From positions 32,001 to 96,000 of the IMG/VR virus record IMGVR_UViG_3300028591_000117: a DNA stretch of 64,000 nt; one strand, given 5' to 3'. The stretch is from a virus. Lineage: Duplodnaviria; Caudoviricetes. The position numbers and the translations under genes are program-made. The notes under the pieces are model-generated. The model searched no databases, was not told where the DNA came from, and was given only the letters and a program-made list of their open reading frames with translations. Below, piece after piece: positions 58,610 to 64,000 of this stretch (position 1 is the stretch's first letter; every line of letters begins with the position of its first letter).

Positions 58610-59677
58610 TTACTTATATAAATACAAACTTTCATCTATTATTCCATCATCTAGTAATAAACCACGAATATTTTGTAGTCCATATTCTTGAAACATCCAT
58701 AAGTCTGTAAATGGTCGAGAATAATATTTTCTAATTTGTGTACTAGGATGAAAATTAAATGTATCTACGTATTTATATATAACTTTCGAACTCTTGTCTT
58801 TATCTGTTTCTATATCAAGTTCTTTATCCCAACCTTTAAAACCAGGTTGTAACCACATTCTAATTTTTCCAACAACTGCTGGAGCAGGATAATATCCAAG
58901 ACGATGTCCAAATTGGTCTTCATTTGTAGTTCCTATATCTATTCTATAAGCAAATCTTAATCTTGTACCCATTAGTTTAATATCTTCAGCAGCGTCTCTT
59001 AGAATTCTACTCATTTCAGGAATTTCTATTCTTATATCTCCTGGAAATAATCCATATTTATTTCCATTAGTATATTCCATAATTCTAACTCCTGAGTTAT
59101 CTGAAGTTTGATATAAAGATTTAGTTGTTTGACCGAAAATTCTAATTAAATTTTTAAGACCAAATGAAGTACCTCTCATTCGTCTTAAATACATATAAAA
59201 TTTAATACTTTCTCTTTGTTCTTCAGCTGTAAGAGCTTCAACCCACTCATATCCTATTAATTTGCAAAGATGTCTTAAATGTTCTTCATCAACATAATCT
59301 ATATTTATAGCATCATCTACATTTTTAGAAATTGTATATAAATCTCCATAAATAACTCCAATTAGTTTTAAAAATACATCAATATCTTTAGTAATTAAAC
59401 TCTCAGTAATAGCGTTATGAGCTAATTGATAAATATATTTACGATAAGCTCTTGTATAATAAATATCTATTACATTTCTATTTTCATTAGATGTTAGAGT
59501 TATTGGTAAATTATCTTTAGCTCTAAAGTAAAAGTCTGTTTGTACATCACTTACATTTTCAATAATATCTCCAATATTACCTCTATAAGTTTCAGTTGTA
59601 AGAAGCTCAAATGAGTATGGATTATCTGAGCTTCTGTCATCATACCATCGATTTACTATATATTTAGTTTCTTCCAT
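58610..59677 (-). CDS. baseplate wedge protein (P2 gpI-like)
   Basis: IDYV.E..L.HL..LIGY.W......QR......Y..RGT..GL. Confidence 0.7.
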   Translation of the reverse strand: MEETKYIVNRWYDDRSSDNPYSFELLTTETYRGNIGDIIENVSDVQTDFYFRAKDNLPITLTSNENRNVIDIYYTRAYRKYIYQLAHNAITESLITKDIDVFLKLIGVIYGDLYTISKNVDDAINIDYVDEEHLRHLCKLIGYEWVEALTAEEQRESIKFYMYLRRMRGTSFGLKNLIRIFGQTTKSLYQTSDNSGVRIMEYTNGNKYGLFPGDIRIEIPEMSRILRDAAEDIKLMGTRLRFAYRIDIGTTNEDQFGHRLGYYPAPAVVGKIRMWLQPGFKGWDKELDIETDKDKSSKVIYKYVDTFNFHPSTQIRKYYSRPFTDLWMFQEYGLQNIRGLLLDDGIIDESLYLYK

Positions 59678-59685
59678 AATATCAC

Positions 59686-61566
59686 CTAGCTTTCATAAGG
59701 AACTACTTTAACTGTTATATTTTCAGCTAGTAATTCAACATATTGAGTCATATTAGGTTTTATAGCTCCATCAACTGCTCCTTCTAAACTTAATATCTCT
59801 AAATAATTAATATAATCAAACTTAGATAAAATATCTTTAGAAATATGAGATTGATATATAGGTTCTCCAATTTTATGATTTTCTCTAGAGTATAAACTTT
59901 CTAGATATGTAGCAATTGTTGTACTCGTACTTGTATATCTTAAGTCATCTTCATTCATATAAACTTTAATTGTTAACTGAGGCTTTATATAGTTAACATC
60001 CATATAATTAACTTTAATTCCTGCAGGTTTTTTCTTTTTAACATCAGATACATATAACTTAATTTCATCTAAAAGTTCTGTAGTATACACAGGTTCTTCT
60101 GGAATTTCATTAGTAGCATATATAGATACTTTTACTAAGTCATTTCCAAAATATGAAGTTCCATCCTTTGTATAAAATAGATTTAATGTATCATTAACTT
60201 TAACTTCATCTAATGAGAATTGACCTGAAGTTTCACCTGAAGTTCTAACTCTAGCATCATTATTATAATCAATGTATAAATAGTCATAATGCTCTTCAGT
60301 TTCAGTTTCATATTTTACAACAACTTTCTTCCAGTTATTTCTAAACTTTAGAACTGAGTTACATGAAGAACTAGCAATTTTAGCATTAGTATTATAAAAG
60401 TATTTATTTTGAGAATTATATGCAAATTGATATTCAGTTCCTGAGTCCTCTATAATAAAATCAGAGTTAGTTAATAAAGTCATTTGAGAAGTATCATCTT
60501 CCTCATCTTCTTTATATATACTATCTGATGCTTCAGGTAATATATAAAGATTAACTTTATAAGCATCATTAACTGTATCATCTGTTGGTTGAATTAGTCC
60601 ACTTTCAGGATAGTTATAGTCAAGAGCTACTACATCTGAAATTCCATTAAAGTCTTTAGCTAGAATTCTAAAATCTTTAAGAGTAACTAATGTATTCATA
60701 GTACTAGCATACGCTGGAGCTTCTTGTCTAATTTCTTCTACAGTTTCAGGATTATAACCACCTTCAGAAGCACTTAAGTTATTATAAGAAATATTTATAC
60801 CATTACTTAAAGTTATAGTTCCAGTAATAACTCCTGAACCAACTCGACCATTAATTCCATCACTTATTAAATAAACAACATCAATTGGAGTTGTATTACT
60901 CATTATTGTTGCATAGTAAGTTGGTAGTTGGATATATAATTTATTATCTAAGTTTATATGTACTGAGAAACAAGCTTCTCCTTCACCATATAAAGCATTA
61001 TCAACTCTTTTAAATCTTAAACCAGCTTGGCTTAAAACTAGTGTATTTGTTCCTATTTCATAATCATCAAGAAGAATTCTACCATTTTCATCTATATTAG
61101 TATAATCATAAGTTTTACTAACAATATTACCTTGATAAACTTTTATTGAGTTTATTCCAGTATATATTGGAGTATCTTCTAATGTATAAAAACGTACATT
61201 TCCAGTACTATCTGAAAAACTTGAGTATGCTGGAATTCTTAAATCTTCTGTAGCAACATCATTATATTCTGCAGTTAATTCTACTTCAGCACTTTGATAA
61301 TGTCTTGGTTCATATCCAATTAACTTACAAAGAGCTATTGCATTAACTCTTTCAATTGCTGTGTCTAAATATAACTCACTTATACCTTTTTCTATTTGAT
61401 AGTTTGTAGTATCTGCATTCATAGCCATGAGTTTTAATAGCACAGTTCCTATATCAGCATCTGAAAAGTCAGTCCACTCACCATTAGAAAAATACTCAGC
61501 TTGCTTTTTTAAGTATTCTAATATAGAATAGTAGTCCATTCTGTCATACGAAAAGTTAGTATTCAT
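59686..61566 (-). CDS. baseplate J / T4 gp6-like wedge protein
   Basis: WTDFSD.DIG..LL, Y..S.G..G.V, GGYNPETVEEIR..AP, LVTL.DF. Confidence 0.88.
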   Translation of the reverse strand: MNTNFSYDRMDYYSILEYLKKQAEYFSNGEWTDFSDADIGTVLLKLMAMNADTTNYQIEKGISELYLDTAIERVNAIALCKLIGYEPRHYQSAEVELTAEYNDVATEDLRIPAYSSFSDSTGNVRFYTLEDTPIYTGINSIKVYQGNIVSKTYDYTNIDENGRILLDDYEIGTNTLVLSQAGLRFKRVDNALYGEGEACFSVHINLDNKLYIQLPTYYATIMSNTTPIDVVYLISDGINGRVGSGVITGTITLSNGINISYNNLSASEGGYNPETVEEIRQEAPAYASTMNTLVTLKDFRILAKDFNGISDVVALDYNYPESGLIQPTDDTVNDAYKVNLYILPEASDSIYKEDEEDDTSQMTLLTNSDFIIEDSGTEYQFAYNSQNKYFYNTNAKIASSSCNSVLKFRNNWKKVVVKYETETEEHYDYLYIDYNNDARVRTSGETSGQFSLDEVKVNDTLNLFYTKDGTSYFGNDLVKVSIYATNEIPEEPVYTTELLDEIKLYVSDVKKKKPAGIKVNYMDVNYIKPQLTIKVYMNEDDLRYTSTSTTIATYLESLYSRENHKIGEPIYQSHISKDILSKFDYINYLEILSLEGAVDGAIKPNMTQYVELLAENITVKVVPYES

Positions 61567-61594
61567 CTTTATTCCTCCTTATATTTATTTATAA

Positions 61595-61990
61595 TTATTT
61601 GTCTACTTTATTAAATAAAGTAAGATTAATTGAAGATATATTTTGAGATGCATCTGAATATAGATATCTTATATCTACATATATAATGTGACTTTCAGGT
61701 TCCATATTAACATCAACTCCAACTAAAGTTATTTGAGGATAATACTTTTCCATTAAAGTATATATCTCAGTTTGAATTTGTTTACCTAAAGTAGGAGTCA
61801 TTGGTTCAAATAGATATTTCTGAAGCTCACTACCAAACTCAGGGTCAGGATAGAACTTACCTTTTTCTTGAGTTAATAGAAACTTTATATCTTCTTGAAG
61901 TTTTAACTCACCACTTTGTTCATCAGTTCCTCCTTGAAGATTAAATGTTCCATTTTCATAAGCCATACCATTAAGTAAATTAACATTCAT
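61595..61990 (-). CDS. gp25-like baseplate wedge protein
   Basis: LLTQEKG....PEFGSEL..YLFEP. Start MNVN at 61990. Confidence 0.85.
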   Translation of the reverse strand: MNVNLLNGMAYENGTFNLQGGTDEQSGELKLQEDIKFLLTQEKGKFYPDPEFGSELQKYLFEPMTPTLGKQIQTEIYTLMEKYYPQITLVGVDVNMEPESHIIYVDIRYLYSDASQNISSINLTLFNKVDK

Positions 61991-62000
61991 TTTATACCTC

Positions 62001-62375
62001 CTATCTAACAATTAGACCATTAGCTCCATATAATGAGTTCATCGCAGGTATTCTAATTAGTTGACCTTTCTTTAATTGTGATTTTTCTCTAAAACCATTA
62101 GCTCCAAGAATTACCCAATATAATCTAGCATCTCCATAGAAAGCTAGAGCAATTAAATCTGGTCTCTGGTCTTCATCTAAAGTAACTGTATGCACAATAT
62201 CTCTATCTGACTCTTCAGCTTTTAAGTCAGGTTTCTTTAAATTTCTAATAACTAGTTTATCGTTTTTAAGTCTGAGTCTTACTTTAGAGTCATATCTAGT
62301 TTTAAACTCTCTTTTAGTAGACTCAATAACATCTCTAACTTCATCTGAAAAGTATTCTTTTTTATAAATTTGCAT
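62001..62375 (-). CDS. gp53/LysM-like baseplate wedge protein
   Basis: RPDLIA..FYGD.RLYWVIL.AN.......G..IRIP. Confidence 0.85.
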   Translation of the reverse strand: MQIYKKEYFSDEVRDVIESTKREFKTRYDSKVRLRLKNDKLVIRNLKKPDLKAEESDRDIVHTVTLDEDQRPDLIALAFYGDARLYWVILGANGFREKSQLKKGQLIRIPAMNSLYGANGLIVR

Positions 62376-62391
62376 ATTATCACCTCACTAT

Positions 62392-62709
62392 CTAAATTAT
62401 CTCTGTTCTAGACATATCTAACATTTCAGAAGATATATAAATATCTTCATAATATACTTCTTTTAATTTATTACCATTATCATCTTTACTAAAAGCTCTT
62501 AAATAATAAACTCCTTGAGATAAGAAGTATTCATAAGTTCCATCTCTATTATCTTTCTTAGGTTTAACTACTTGTTGATTTTCATTAGTTATTTCAATAA
62601 TATAATCTCCAGAACTTGATATTACTGTAAATCTAAAGTTTTCATCATAATATCTTATTTTCTCTATTCCTAAAATTGTATTTGCCATATTGTGTAATTT
62701 ATCTATCAT
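62392..62709 (-). CDS. hypothetical protein
   Basis: ORF track. Confidence 0.5.
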   Translation of the reverse strand: MIDKLHNMANTILGIEKIRYYDENFRFTVISSSGDYIIEITNENQQVVKPKKDNRDGTYEYFLSQGVYYLRAFSKDDNGNKLKEVYYEDIYISSEMLDMSRTEII

Positions 62710-62711
62710 AA

Positions 62712-63533
62712 CTAATCACCACTTTCACCTAAAATCATATCAGCTAAATTAATTTCATCAGTTAAATCATTAGAGTTTATTTGTTTAAAATTATCTGTTT
62801 CAAATATTATATTTTTACTTTTTAAATGTATTTTTCCATCAGATACTGTAATACTATCTCCAGCAGAGTTAGTAATTACAATTTGACTTCTTTGATTTTT
62901 TCCTACATTATTACCTCTTCTTTTTAATGTTTCTAATGATAAGTTTTCCATTATGATACTTTGACCAGATTGGTCTGTAATATTTATACATTCATGTCCA
63001 TCTCTATCATCTATATAAATAACAGCTCCTTTAAGTGATTTATATAGAATTCTTTCAGTACCATTAACAACTTCTAAAGGTAAATCATCAGTTACTACAG
63101 GAGCTATTCTATTACCATAGACTTTAGCTGAAGCGACTCCTTTTTGTACACCATCTTCATCATCTTTTCTAGATGTCCAAATTCCTCCAAAATAAATTGG
63201 AGATGTTGGTATTCCTGACTCAAATGTCACAAAGACTGTATCTCCAATATTAGGAGGTAAAAATGTTCCACTATCATTTCCAGCTGGAGATATAGCGCAA
63301 TTAGCCCAAGGAATAGAACTAGTTGGAATAAATGTTTCATTATCACCATCACTAGTTCCATATATTTGAGGAATTCTTACTTTAACTCTTCCTTTAATTT
63401 CTGGGTCTAAGTTATCTACAACTATTCCTCTATAAAATTGAGTATAATCAACTTTTAAACTATTTAAAAAATCATTTAACTCTTCATCAACTATTATGTC
63501 ATTATTATTTGTATTTAAATTAACTCCAAACAT
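62712..63533 (-). CDS. baseplate spike, gp5/Vgr OB-fold protein
   Basis: YRGIVVDN.DP...GRVKVRIP...PWA...P.IGD.VFV.FE.G....PIY.G. Confidence 0.9.
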   Translation of the reverse strand: MFGVNLNTNNNDIIVDEELNDFLNSLKVDYTQFYRGIVVDNLDPEIKGRVKVRIPQIYGTSDGDNETFIPTSSIPWANCAISPAGNDSGTFLPPNIGDTVFVTFESGIPTSPIYFGGIWTSRKDDEDGVQKGVASAKVYGNRIAPVVTDDLPLEVVNGTERILYKSLKGAVIYIDDRDGHECINITDQSGQSIIMENLSLETLKRRGNNVGKNQRSQIVITNSAGDSITVSDGKIHLKSKNIIFETDNFKQINSNDLTDEINLADMILGESGD

Positions 63534-63545
63534 TTCTATACCTCC

Positions 63546-64000
63546 TTAAAAAACAATATTTCTACTTGTCGAAGCTTTTACATTATTTACTAATAAGCCA
63601 TCTTTAGGATTTATATAAGTATATTCTTTTTTAATAGTATATTTTAAATCTGCAACAGCTTTATTTTCTGTATCTTCAACATAAGCTGTATTACCCATAT
63701 TACCGATATTCTTAATCATATTTAAATCAGAAGTAAATACTCCATCTGAAATAGTATCTTTAATTGATAGTATAAAATAAGTTCCTGACATGTGATGATG
63801 TGTTGGTATTCCAGTATTATTTTTAGGTAATAATACAATTTCAATATAACTTTGAGGAGTTAACTTATTAAAACCTGAAATTGTTGCACTTGCTCTATAA
63901 GCTAATTCAGATGCATCTTCAAATGTTTTAATTATCTTAGACTCAGCTATACTTTTATTTGAAGAAACTTTTGATGCTGGAGATATACTAACTACACCCC
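63546..64000 (-). CDS. baseplate hub / gp27-like protein, C-terminal part (gene starts beyond the window)
   Basis: The frame stays open to the window edge: ...AYRASATISG...HHHMSGTYFILSIKDTISDGVFTSDL. Confidence 0.6.
   Translation of the reverse strand, partial: GVVSISPASKVSSNKSIAESKIIKTFEDASELAYRASATISGFNKLTPQSYIEIVLLPKNNTGIPTHHHMSGTYFILSIKDTISDGVFTSDLNMIKNIGNMGNTAYVEDTENKAVADLKYTIKKEYTYINPKDGLLVNNVKASTSRNIVF

Noticed and set aside
1-64000. Stop-codon reassignment (TAG or TGA recoding)
   Set aside because: Genes are full length and densely packed in the standard code, and TAG/TGA end genes at sensible positions.

Overview
A 64 kb segment of a large, AT-rich, contractile-tailed (myovirus-type) dsDNA phage. 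Essentially all real genes are on the minus strand, in the standard genetic code, with strong Firmicutes-type AGGAGG ribosome-binding sites. A CHAP endolysin and spoVS point to a Gram-positive (Bacillota) host. In transcription order (right to left) the window holds: baseplate and tail-fibre genes (64.0-41.8 kb); lysis genes (41.7-40.3 kb); replication genes (DnaC-like, DnaB, primase Zn finger, candidate origin, inactivated free-standing intein, family A polymerase; 38.6-32.0 kb); a 1.4 kb non-coding RNA island (small hairpin RNA, tRNA-Ile(UAU), a 167-nt structured RNA, and an ~855-nt highly structured RNA preceded by an rRNA-type boxA; 30.9-29.5 kb); an SF2/SNF2-type helicase whose Walker A is split by ACT-TA-ACT (candidate ribosomal hop); ligase, phosphatase, nrdDG, HNH and spoVS; acidic, probably protease-processed head-internal proteins and polyproteins; GroEL, sigma-like factor and GroES; SSB, RuvC, APRT and dCMP deaminase. 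Two phage-specific promoter motifs (TTCATATAAT and TTTATATATTA) recur, often fused to the upstream terminator. The strongest candidates for novel biology are the giant ncRNA island, the helicase stop-hop, the head-protein leader and polyprotein system, and the domesticated intein. All protein calls come from motif recognition by eye; no database searches were run.
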